Shown: positions 36,415 to 53,351 of the stretch, piece after piece
How positions within the stretch are numbered: the first letter of the stretch is position 1
Layout: every line of letters starts with the position of its first letter
Assembly (NCBI GenBank): GCA_043228905.1
Contig: JBHGNT010000016.1
Span: forward strand, 17,918,001-17,982,000
From: Azolla caroliniana
Taxonomy: Eukaryota; Plantae; Polypodiophyta
Length of the DNA: 64,000 bases
Direction of reading: 5' to 3'
Program-made: the position numbers and the translations under genes
The notes under the pieces: model-generated
Database searches by the model: none
What the model saw: the letters and a program-made list of their open reading frames with translations, nothing else
Told to the model about the DNA's origin: nothing

Positions 36415-38030
36415 TCAACTAATGGGAGGGGGGAACAACCATCTGGGTACTACATACTGCCATCGTATATCCATTCCATTTGTTGTGGCCATCGGTGTAG
36501 TACACCATCGTTTTTTGAAATTCAGCCTCATTAAATCTGAAGCATCATCAATCCGCTCATATTGAGCTCTCATTGTAGTTACTTGTGTGTGCCATATTAG
36601 CTCAATCGATTCAATTGGAGGGCATTTTTTTGCTAAAAATACCCTGGTACACCTTGTTGTCCATATGCCCCGTTTGGTAAAGGGTGCAAGTAGCATCCAT
36701 AGATCTCCAAGTTTTTGCTTCTCCGCAATAATTGTAGGTACACTGTTGTCAATGATCAGACGAACAGTTCCATTCTCCCCTCTGTACATAGCTTTGCATG
36801 TGCTATCATAGTTCACCACATCATCCTCAAGACAGTTCCAACAAGCATGTCCCCAGTTGAGGGTGAACAAACTAGAGGCATGGCAAAGCAAACGTAATGC
36901 CCTTCCCCATACATTTGCTGCCTCGTGACATTCCCATAGACAATGGGAAATGCTTTCTAACTATCCACATGCAATGCATCTAGGGTCTACATTGGGGCTT
37001 TTACCCCACGTCCCTTGGCTTAGGGTCAATAATCATATCCTTTCCATTTTTTGCAATCAGCCTAATCGGCCTTTCGCTTTGATAAGCTGGTTGCTCACCT
37101 CTTGCCATTCCGTGCTCTATTTTGTAATAGCATGCCTCATTCGATTCTACTTTCATTCCCTTGATGCCAATTAAACATTTCTCAGCATCTATAAGTCCTA
37201 TCCACACAATATCATAGGTAATTATATCTTCCTCTTCCAAGGTATGCCTACAGCATGCAATGGCATCTGTAATTCTCTTGAGCATGCCTTTACCCCTGCT
37301 TATTCTCCATATTCTAGCCTTTTGAGCGCCCACCTCATTGGACAAAAACCTCTTCCACTCCACTAATGCATTCCCTTCAGCATTGATTAAGTCGGCCAAT
37401 TTGAAGCTTGCTCTTTGTCCTATCATCAGCCATCCACATCTCTAATAGGAAAACTGGTGGTCAGGAGCTTACAACCTCCTGAGGCACCTTGGAAAATTCT
37501 ATGGATACGCAGATGGAAGATGTGGCTGTCGAGACAAAGTGGAAGCTAGCCAAGTAGCCCCTTTTGGGGTTTTGTGCCAAAAATGTGACCCAAGTATTGG
37601 GGAAGTATGCAGAGTCTATGTGTTGTTGGATTATGAAAGCATGGCAAGAAATCAAAAAGGGGATCACATGTAGGTGGAGAAATGATGCATATGCCCGGAT
37701 GTACACGCCAATTGTGTATTGGTGTAAGCTCTTCTATGCCATATTAATCACTAGTTGGTGCAAAATTTGCCGAAAATGCCGAACTTCATTCATACCTTGG
37801 TTGTCAACTATTCCTATCAAGTGCATGACATATAAGAGCCTTTATTCCAAGAGCCTGACATTTTAATGATGCAGATATTGCTAACGTGTTTGTTAAATTC
37901 TTTTGTTTACGTGTGTTCGTAATTCAATGTAGCGAGTAGAGGCTTTGAAGACCGCCAAACATTTTTTTATTGTGAAGTGGGATGCCTTTAATTCATGGTA
38001 GCAAGATAAGTGTTGCTTGGCCTCCACCTT
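36415..38030 (-). mobile_element. 5'-truncated, decayed L1-like LINE (ORF2 C-terminal region)
   Basis: Minus-strand fragments 37001-37426 and 36415-36891 end in the LINE-type IWTTRCTRVF...WQYVVPRWLFPPP. A KKMFGGL motif resembling LPKxxGGLG lies near 37950-37970. No RT core seen. Confidence 0.55.
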
Positions 38031-41023
38031 GTATATAGTCACATTACAAAGGCAATGACATGGCCAAATAACCAAATATGTACATGATCAAAGACATGTT
38101 AAGGCTTTCCTATCATTAGAATGAAAACTATAATTAGAAGCCATCCTTAAGAATAGTGGCATCATTGGAGTAGAGTTTAGTTCTTGAAGGTTTGTATATA
38201 CTGATGTAAAAAGTGTGAGTTTTGAGACTAATTACAACTCTAAAATAAAGGTTGTAGCTTAAAGCAAATATTTTGTAGGTAATGTGACAAGCTATAACCC
38301 ATCAATTAGAGAGCTTAAATCTACATCGCAAAGGAAAGTCCACATGAATGAAGTAACATGAGTATCTACTTTATTGTAGGTACCATGATCCCGAAGAATC
38401 CTCTACACTGAATCGAAACTCATGATGTAGACCTAACACCTACATCCCATATAGTGAGATGAGTGACAACCTCCCAACCCACAATGGCATATTGGCAATG
38501 GAAGGGCAGAAGCAAAACATCTTTTGTTCGATGTAATGCCTACGTCACTCAATTATTTAAAGATGTGCACAAGTCGCGTATTGAGAAAGAGAGGAAATGC
38601 AACAGTTTTTGAATCATTCTATTGTTATGGATTATCCTTGAAGATTAGAAGAAATGATGTGGCTAACAACTATACACATGTAGTTGAGAAAATAATCGTT
38701 CCATATGCAAAAACATGAATTGAAATATTCACATGTAGTGTCATAAGAATGTGTAAATATTTAGGGAATGGAGGAGGATCACATCCATGGTCACTTTTTG
38801 CAAATGGATTACTCTTAAAGTACACATGAAGTGTTGTGCGCAACTCAAACTTCATTGTCACAGTGTCAAACCTTCAACGTATGTTATGGCTACTTAGTGC
38901 TAGGAAATATGTCATCAAGCCTATGTTTCTTGTTTTTTATTCATCATGATATATTCTTTGTTCAAAGGGTGGTAACCCACCTAATATATTCAAAAGAAAC
39001 TTTGTTTCTATGAACTACTAATCACAATACAATGTGTCTTATCCATCATATGGATATGTCAAACAAAATATGTCATGTATGTCCATTTGTTCCTTTGGAG
39101 TGATGGAAGTTGAGGAAATAAGAACACATTATGCTCGCATATTATATACACAATTAAGCATAACAAAATGAATTGAAGATAAACTCCATATTAATTGGTA
39201 AGTATAGTGTTAATTAGGTGCGTATTTATCGTAAATTTTAAATGATTCCTTTATGTTGCACGTTCTTTTTGTTTTTTGTGTGAATGGACAGTGTCGTAGT
39301 TATCCATGAGATTCTAAGAAAACAGTGGAATCTCGACTTTTTACACATCTACTTTTCACAAGATCCTCTTTACACATGACATTGAATGTGGATATGCATG
39401 CAACACATGAGGAGGTATGCAAATGATGCACTACTATGTTCTAAATTAATATTTCATCTGATATGGCTTTCTATTAGTTGACCTTAGGTTTCCAATTCTA
39501 CTTGGAGCACGTAATCAAGAAACCCATATTAGTAAAAACTATAGTAGTCCATTTGCATGGTCAATTCCATTATATAATGTTATAATTAACACAACATGAT
39601 ACATGTCATAGAAAACACAACCATCACATTCCAATTTATAATTATCTTCATAACTTCATAAAATTTATGGTTGTTTAAACCATATACGTACATAAGATGT
39701 AGGGTGGGAATGGCAACTTGAGAACTTGTCCCACCAACTTGAGATCTTGTACAAGGTTGTTGCAATGTGAGTTGCATCTTATCCTTGAGTTCCCAATTGG
39801 GGCAATTATAGATATAGGTAGATTTTATTACCATCCTTTAAGGTTGAATATAATGTATGTGTGCAAAGTGAAGAAAAGGCAATGAATCCATGGAGTTGGT
39901 AAATGATTCTTGATGTGCAAGAGAGAGCACATCTATCAATTGATATATCATTTGCTCACCAATAATTAATGATGGTTGAAGGATAGGTGCAACCCAATTT
40001 AGGGTATCTACAAAGGCCAAGGTTAGTGGAAATCCATGTTAATGTCAGCCTTATTGAATAGATTAAAACCCTTTTACTTCAAATGCAAAGTATTTGTTTG
40101 ACGTATCTTAGTGGGTGGGAGTCCGGTTCTTATTGCCCTCCCCATTCACAACATTTCAATGGGGTTCTTTTGTACCACAGCGCAAGAAACTTGTTATTGT
40201 AGGTTTTTATCTTGTGTTGGCAGCATTATGCATATGGTCTCTACTATTCAAGATGTGGCATTCATTCTCTTGTTGAGGGAATCATGATTGGGTTTTTGGC
40301 AAACCAGAAATCATATGCTTTGTGCAACCATATGTGATGGTTGGCTTCCAAATTCTACATCTTTTTGAGGTTGTGGACATAATCAAACTATTTGGAACAT
40401 GTTCATTTTTTATTCCTATTTCAAAGTGCATAGTCATACCGACCATTTGACAGGCCTCCTTCATTTGTGGTTCATCACCATAGCCTATACAAGTCTTATT
40501 ACCAAGGATGGATGAGTTGGCTCCTTTGCATGGGGACATCTTTTCCGTTTCTTTGTTAGACATGCGATTGTTTTCCTACTTTTATACAACATAAAAAGTA
40601 ATGCATATATTATCCCATGGCCATTAAGAGACAAAGTTTATGAAAAACATAGGAATGTTTTATAATGATTTGAGACACCCAAACAAATGTATCAATTAAA
40701 TTAGCAAGATTCAAGACACCCTAACATAGGCAGGTGTGCATTTTTGTTTTTGATCCAAGGTTAGGAGGCATGCATCTAGCTATCAATGCTTATTTGATCT
40801 TTTGACTTTTGAATCAATCTCAACTAGTCTGGTTCACACCATGCCCTAAAAGTCCACAAACTTGAAAGACTTACATTTTAACCCATGACACTTGTGAATT
40901 TGATTACATCCTTAGGGATTTTACTCTTTTTTTGATTACCTTTGTTGTACTATGGAAAATTACACAAATATGCATGTACCTCACGAGGAGGTGGCCATTG
41001 TTGGCGTATTATATACAATGTCC

Positions 41024-41403
41024 CATAGTTGTTAAAAAACGCGTATTCTATGTTTAGAGTATGTTTTAGAATACTTTGACGTATTCCACACATATTCTAC
41101 GTTTTAGAACTGCCGTTTCTTAAAATTTGACGTATTCTACATATTCTAAAAATTTGACGTATTCTATGTATTCAACGTATTTAACAAGTATTTATCATTT
41201 CAAAATTTATTTTATTTTATTTGAAAAAAAAAACTTTAAATTTTAAGAAGTATTTAACGTATTTTACAAGTATTCTAAACGTATTCTAAGTATTTAACGT
41301 ACTTTATCTATAAAATACATATTCTAAGTATTTTAAAAAAGAAGATGGAATACTTAGAACATGCATTGTACGCGTATTTTATGCTAAGTATTTTACAGCA
41401 ATG
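41024..41403. mobile_element. hAT-like MITE, 380 bp
   Basis: Perfect 8-bp TSD CAATGTCC (41016-41023 and 41404-41411). Imperfect TIR CATAGTTGTTAAAA / TTTTACAGCAATG. Many CGTATTCT subterminal repeats. Confidence 0.85.
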
Positions 41404-42872
41404 CAATGTCCATAAGAATGAGGGCTAATTAAAAAAGGAAATGCATTGTTCAATACTCCCCCCACCATCATGGAACTATTTCGCGGTTGTAAAATTACCC
41501 CTTTGCTATTGTTGAAGTGCGCAAGCATTGCTTTTGGTTCATCCTAATATGATATCAACCTAGTATGTGGTAATCTAATCTTATATTTAATGGAGCCTTC
41601 ACTTACGAGGAATCGATAATCACATCATTGCCGATGCATTCTATGCATGTTTTACATTTTACTCCTCAGATATGCCCACTTGTTGCTTCAATTGGAGTCA
41701 TGGGAATTAGGTAAATAATATATGATTGGAATGTATCCACTTTATTACATGCATCCTATCGACTCCAAATTAACTAATCACACATGTGCACATAAATATT
41801 GTAAACTAGATCTAAATTTAGTGTAGCTTTTACAAGTTTGCTTTTATGATGCACGCTCTTTTGTTTTTCGTGCAATGTTTGAAGGGTGTCACAATCACCA
41901 CTAGGATTCTATGAAAGTGATGGAATCTCAACTTTTACGGAAGCACTTTTTGTTTTAGAAGAGTATTCTACGATGGACAAGCAACCCATGGTTACTTGCT
42001 TTTGAAGTCAAGCTCTATTCCATTATGTATAGAACTTTGGAGGGGGAGGGGAGGCAAGGACAGGAGATAAGTAGATGAGTAGTTTAGAATTCAAGTTCCA
42101 TGAATCGCGTGAGGTGGACCACATGAACAATTTATAATTCGAAATGTTGTTTCCATGTACTTTTACGAGTCGTGTGACATACAATAAGGAAGCTCATTCA
42201 AATAGTCTTTAATGGTTTCATAGTAGGACAATCGTGATCCAACATAAAACCCTTGGCAAGGATTAGGCAAGTGCTGAGTAATTTTATGCATACATATATG
42301 TATCTTATGAACGATACATGTATAAAATGTGGAGCTCAAACATTTGAATGCAACAGTATAGCATCTGAGGTGTAGGATGAGGCTCGAGTCATATAAATGC
42401 TTCTACAGGCATTGACGATACCGAAACCTACCTACGTGACACAAGGGAGAGAGATATATATGGCAATGAATTATTACCCAACACACGCAAGCACATCACC
42501 TACATACACCATTATTTCAAACATGTTTCAAGACAATAGAGCTTGTGGATTCTAGGAATGCAATTCATGTTCGTTGTCCATGTTCTTTTTTTAACAATCT
42601 TTCCTCAACACTGGCTTGATACACATGGTGTAGGAACTGAGGGTGAGAGGGAGTGATGTGAGAGTGGGTTCGAGGGTCTGGAAGTGATGGGGAACAATGC
42701 GCGCACGTGGGCATGCTGGGCCAGATAGATATGTGAAACACAACACACAAAACAACATGGCGAGACAATCATTCGTAGGGCTTCCCGAAGGACTTGGGCC
42801 CTTTTTTTGTCCGAGTACATGCACTGATGGGTCAATGCATGTGTGGGGAAAACTACTCGACAAGAGCCCATG

Positions 42873-47327
<4,455 letters not shown>

Positions 47328-50300
47328 ATGAAGTTTAGAACAACGGAGCAACAACCCCTTGCAGGTGAAAAAGGAGGTTCCCTTCTGTAAACACAATGTT
47401 TTAACATCGCTATCAGATTGATGCTTTTTAACGGTGTTTTGCGGATATAGTGAGAGAACGAAGATACATTCATTACCTTTCCACAAATTTGGAGGAGGAT
47501 AGCCATGCTTTTTTTAACCAAGGCAATGGTCTCTTTGCACCCATCTGGTGTTTAACTGTTTGTCTGTATCTTCAAGAGCTCACACGTCATCCTTGATTGG
47601 ATGCTGTAGCTTATTATATTTGTAAAGCATCCATTTAACCAAAGGTAATTTTCGACCACATTGGCAATGCAAGCTATTCTGTGATCAGAAATTTTCTTTT
47701 TATTGGTGAAGCTGAGTTTCCTTGTTGGGCATTAAATAAAAGGGAATCATGGCAACAATGCCACCGATATTCTATATTTTCTATCGGAATTTGTTGCCTT
47801 TATAGAATTATATTTCCAACACCCAACCTTTTAGTAAATGAAGGCACCTTTTTACTCAAATGCTACCATTGGAACTGCGTTTTCCATGAATTATCCAATG
47901 AATGTCTTGATATTATTAACCGCTGTGTTTTGCACTGATGATGATTAGGTTTCTTGATCAAGTTTATTGCATTTGAGAGCTGATTGTTTGCCTAATGTTA
48001 TAAATCTCTCGAAACATCGGTTTCAATGGTTAGTCTAGTGTGGTATATTGGTCATAAAAGATCAAACCTAAAAAAGTATGCTCTACTGAAATGCTTCCCA
48101 ACTATTTGTCACAATCTGAATACATGCTTTCATATTATGATTATACTTGCATGGTTACTATAATTCAATGTTTGCCCCTTGAAGTCATCTCTTGCTTAAT
48201 GCTCAAATGTGATGATAACTAAACCAATAGAAATCAACATGGACTATCACAATAGGTCAATGTCAAAATCCAAATATTTGAGAACGAGATTGAAATGTTG
48301 TTGCCATGTGTTTTGTAGAAGTGTATAGATAGATGAGTATGAGCGCTTTGTTTAGTACATTGATTGACTTGAGACAAAGGACACATTAGGTTATGTAAAT
48401 TTAGGAGATATGCCAATCTCTTTGTGGTTGTTGTGGATGTCTCAAGAGACATTGGATAAATTGTATGCAAGATTTGTTCTTGTCAAAAAATATGAATTAT
48501 ATGGAGAATAGTACCCTTTCCTAAAGAAAATAATGACTTATATAAGATAAGCTATAACAATGACATTTGATATGTGGGTATGCTATTTGTAGAGTCATTG
48601 AAGCTTGAGTAAACATTGGAACATCATGCAGACTTTCCATTCTACACAAACAAAATCCACAAGAACTTGATCATGTGGTCATTTCCTAATCAATGAATAG
48701 CAAATGTAAGGGAAGAGGTCAAGCGTCCTATATACATGTAGATAAGGCACTAATCTACAAAACCTATTTCCTAAATATGCTCTCGATGGAGTTAAATTAT
48801 GTTGTCACATTAATCTATTTGATAGTTACCTATTTATAGCATGTAATTCAAGGTACGGAATTAATACGACTTTAAACTATGTTTTTAACCCTCCTAACTT
48901 AATTATCTCATTTAATTAATATCTGATGAAATCAAGTTAAATATTACATTTACTCCTAAATTTTGATAAAGCCAAAACAAGGGGTATAGTTGGGTATCTT
49001 CTAATATTACTCTTCCTTTGTGAATAATGGCAACAATACTAACATTTTAGAACTACTAGGAGTACAATTGGTGTCTTTAACTATTATTCTCACTTTCAAA
49101 TAAGGGTAATACTCATATTTCTTAAAACCAAAAAGGGTAGCCACTTGAATACTACCTTGTGGCATTATTAATTAGACCGCACATTTTGGTTACATTAGCT
49201 CTAGACTCTCCGGTTATTCAATACAACACCTCATTGCATTTGTAAATTACATTGGTTATCCTTTCGAACACAAATGATTTTTCAATTGAAGCTCTATGCA
49301 AATGTGAGATTACAGATTCTTGGTACGTTGTGCTAGTTATTTCAAATGGCTCACATATTCGAAAACTAGATCATGAGTAGACCTCGGATTTGAATGCTTG
49401 GTTTCGGCTACCATGCAACTACTCTCTTTACAAAATCCTCAACAACTTGTAGCAAATGTTAATGATTGTTAAATCCCATAAGCATAACACCATGTCATTT
49501 GATACAAAAGTTTCATAGAGGTTTGTTTTGTGTAAGTAGTTATTTTCACGTCACTTGCATAATGGGTTATTCTAAAAACTCTGTAGAAAACGTGGACTCG
49601 CATACCTAAGGTCATCTTAAAACTGATCGTTTTGGGTTTCTATCACTTGTTTAAGTAAAGCCATTTCATGGAAGTCAATTATACATAGGATATTGCAAGT
49701 TTTGTCGTACATTCTCAATGTCCTTGTTTTGACACTAAATAAAAAACAATCTTATTTGAAATCCCAAAAACAATAAATGAGGGTCTATCCCTTGAATCAA
49801 TTCTCCTCCATTATGGTCAAAGGGAAGGAGATGATTTGTTGGCAATATTTCAGTCCGACCAATAGTTTGTATATTGCAAACCTTTACCCATTTATTGAAT
49901 TTCTTTTCCATCATAGGGCCACACAACTTTGGAAGTGTGTCATAACATATATGGCAAACAAAAACAAACTTGCCTTGGTCCCATAAGATCTAATGGATTT
50001 TTCTCTTGATTAAACAATGAACCTCTGAATTTTGTTCTTAAAAGAAGTTAAACATATACTTTATAATTCAAAAACTCCTAAAATAATGGCTTACAACTAG
50101 TAGGGTATACCCTATCATGGAAAAAGAAAAAAGTGCTCAATTTGGCCTATAAACTCAAACTAATGTAAGCCTTATAGCATGTTTCTATGTCAAGAAATGA
50201 ATATCGACCAAACCCAAATGAAAAAAGAGAAAACAAGATTGGCCATCTTCTCAATCATCCAAATGATGCATTTGAAGCCCTAAGCAAAAGATTGTCTACA

Positions 50301-52123
50301 CAAAGCAACCAATATTGATTCCACCACTCATGTCAAGTTAGCTCCAACCACCCCTCTGATACATTTTTTAAGGGCTCATATGTGTAAATGCTAAATATTT
50401 TGGACAAAAGTGGGTTTCGACCTTACGTCACTTTGGTGATGCCACATATGGTATTTCACATTCCCCCATAGTACTCTGATTCTCCCCATAATAATCTCAT
50501 ATAAACCATATACTATCCAATCCAATTTCTCAAGTACTCCAATGACATGTAGTCTCTCAATTACTTTTATTGTGCTTGTTGATTTGCTAAAACTCTACAC
50601 AATAACAATATACCTTGTTCTTCATGCCCTCTTGAGCTTCTTCCATGGTTCTATTAGCATGAAGAGATATATGATCTATCATAATGTGCCTTTTTTTAAA
50701 TCTAGCTTGATGTTCTTGTTATAACCAAGTATGATGGTATAATCACTTGGGTAGAATCCATGACACCCAAAGATTTGAGCAAGCAACATTTGCAAAGTTT
50801 CATGGTTGAAATGTTCTTCCACTTGACGATGATATTTCGAAGTTGTTTTTCTCTTTAGTTTTAGAATGGCAAACTTTACCTTCCACAAAGCATTTGAGTA
50901 GTACAATTGTTGGCTTGTTGGGAGATTTGATGTATGCTTGTTATTGGGAGTCTTGTACTTCTCATTGATATATTCATATGATCCCGTGGATTATCTAGTT
51001 TGTAACAGACTCTACTAAATTTCCCGTCGAAAGTGTGTTTGTACATGTTTTTAAGTGAGAACATGTCAAAATTTATCCCATTTGAAGTCCCCATTTTCCA
51101 CTTTTATAGTCACATACCAATGTTTCAAGGGGTTGTACACCTTTGTGGTTTGACACATGGCATTTTGTGGATTTTGTATTGCATTGGCGAATAACCTAGT
51201 TAATTCTTTGAGGGACATACCAATTTGCATTTCCCTCAATTCATCACGTAGCATAGTCCCATCGGTGTGTGAATCTTCTTCCAAGAAATCGTATCGTGGG
51301 TATTTGGTACTTGTGATCTTACAAATTGGGGTGTGTGTGTGTGTATCTTGGAATTTTGCTCTTAAGAGAGGAACACATATAATGCTTTAAATTAAGAATC
51401 CATCTAACATTGAATTTAGCTCTTAAAAGTAAGAGTTTTCAAAAACTGCCTCTCATGAGCTTGTTTAACATTAAATGACTATAGGACTAAAGAAATCACA
51501 CATGGCAAACAATAAGTTTCATGAAGGGGTTCGGAAGTTAAATAACTATCAGAATTTCCATAGGGGGGTTAGGTTTACAAGGTAACCATTTCGGTCATCT
51601 ACCTGTGTTCGAAGGACCTACTATCCTCAAACATATAGAACATTTGTGTTGTTGTGTCAATGACTAAGAATTCTCAAAAAAGAAACTGATAAGAGATGGC
51701 TTGATCATGCCAAGCTTGCTAAAGCTTAAGAGAGAGATAGAGCAAAACTATGAGCCGTGGGTATTTACTGCCAATGAAGCCTTATTTGTAAAGTTATTGT
51801 AAATCCTAATAAATAAATAAATATAGAAGACGTTATTTATTTACTTTATTGGAAAAAACTAATATTATAAAAAAATAAAAAAGAAATCAATGCGTTTTTT
51901 TCCTTCTAGATATTCATTAAAAAAAGAAAAATATTAAAATAAAGAAAAAACGGAAAAAGAAAAAAGAGAGTAAGAAAAGTAAAGTAAAAAATGGAAATAA
52001 ATCTTTTTGAATGTGATTTCTTTGGACTTCGAGAATCGACAAGATTAAGGACAAAACTTGCAATAACTAAATATATCAAGATAAGCTACAAATATTAGTT
52101 TGTCACATCATGTTAACGACAAC

Positions 52124-52490
52124 AATGCCATAGCTCATTGGTTAGGAATCCATTCCATAACGTATAGGTCCTTAGTATGAGTCCCAAATCACATCATGGG
52201 AAATGATTTGGGAAATGTTGAACCGTGGGAAGGAAGTGAGAACTATGAATCCCAAATCACATCATGGTGAAGGATTTGGGAAATGTTGAACCGTGGGAAG
52301 GATGTGAGAGCAACAATCTTTTGGGGTAATAGTGTCCAACCTCATTGGTTAGGACTAGATTCCATAGGAAAATTCATTGAATGATAGTAACACTTTGCTA
52401 GGAGAAATAGTGCCATATATCATTGGCAAGGGCTTGATTCCATGATGTTCGTAGCTTACTGGGGGGAGTCTCAAATGGTACCACGATAGG
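52124..52490 (+). repeat. Degenerate tRNA-derived (SINE-like) heads plus a ~67-bp tandem duplication
   Basis: A-box-like TAGCTCATTGGTTAGG at ~52131 and B-box-like GTATGAGTCCC at ~52175. Similar heads at ~52330 and ~52408. 52176-52243 is repeated at 52244-52311. Confidence 0.4.
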
Positions 52491-53012
52491 GGGATGGATT
52501 AGAACAAATGCCCTGTACCATAGAATGTATGTACACTCTTGATTGCAGAAGTGAGACATTAAGGAAATTTTAATAATACATTCATTAGTTAATAATAAAG
52601 CATTAGTACTTAATCACATTGCCCAATATTGAATTGATGTTTTAACTAATCTCTCATAATTAGCATAAATCAAGGGGCCGTGAATCGATCGATTGATCCA
52701 TCAATTAATGAAATAGAAATTAGAATATTGTAACCAAAGAAGCAATGCGATTGAGTGATTATTACAACATATGATTAATTAACAATCTTTATTGTGGTTC
52801 TACATCTAGATAAATATTGTTATGAGTCTAGTATGGAAAAACAAGTTTTCACATTGTTAAAATATGCTCATCACCCTAGTAGGCACTAAGAAGAACTCAA
52901 TTAGAACTAGTCATGACAACATGTCACTTCCAAACACACATATAACATACAATACTAGATTGTCAGTGTTTTCTTCATGTGATTCTACCACAATCAGGCT
53001 TGCATTAGATTT

Positions 53013-53351
53013 TCAATCCGAATGACGAAACCTTGCCCTTACATTCTCGATGATTCCATTGATCCAAGCAAGGAAGCTCTTCACTTTCTCTGATATGTAC
53101 TCAAAGAACCGTGCAATTAGATCTCGTATCTTTTCGGCTAACTCGACCAAGAGGCTATACACGTGGAATGACATCTCCCTCGCTTGGTCCATCACATCCT
53201 TGATCTTCATCTTGAGTTGCTTGCACAATGCCTTGAGGCGCTTCGCCATCTCTTTTGGGTTTGTGATCACATCAAAGTTAGGCCTTGGAATCGAGGCTAT
53301 GGCTCCTTCCAAGTGAGAGATGACGTGTGACCAACTTCTCTCTGAGGCCAT
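53013..53351 (-). CDS. Candidate orphan protein, 112 aa, all-helical and amphipathic, unknown function
   Basis: Uninterrupted ORF, more GC-rich than its AT-rich flanks, with ATGGC start context. TATATAAATA ~160 nt upstream (53511-53525 minus) and AATAAA downstream (~52788-52793 minus). No TE motifs. Confidence 0.6.
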   Translation of the reverse strand: MASERSWSHVISHLEGAIASIPRPNFDVITNPKEMAKRLKALCKQLKMKIKDVMDQAREMSFHVYSLLVELAEKIRDLIARFFEYISEKVKSFLAWINGIIENVRARFRHSD

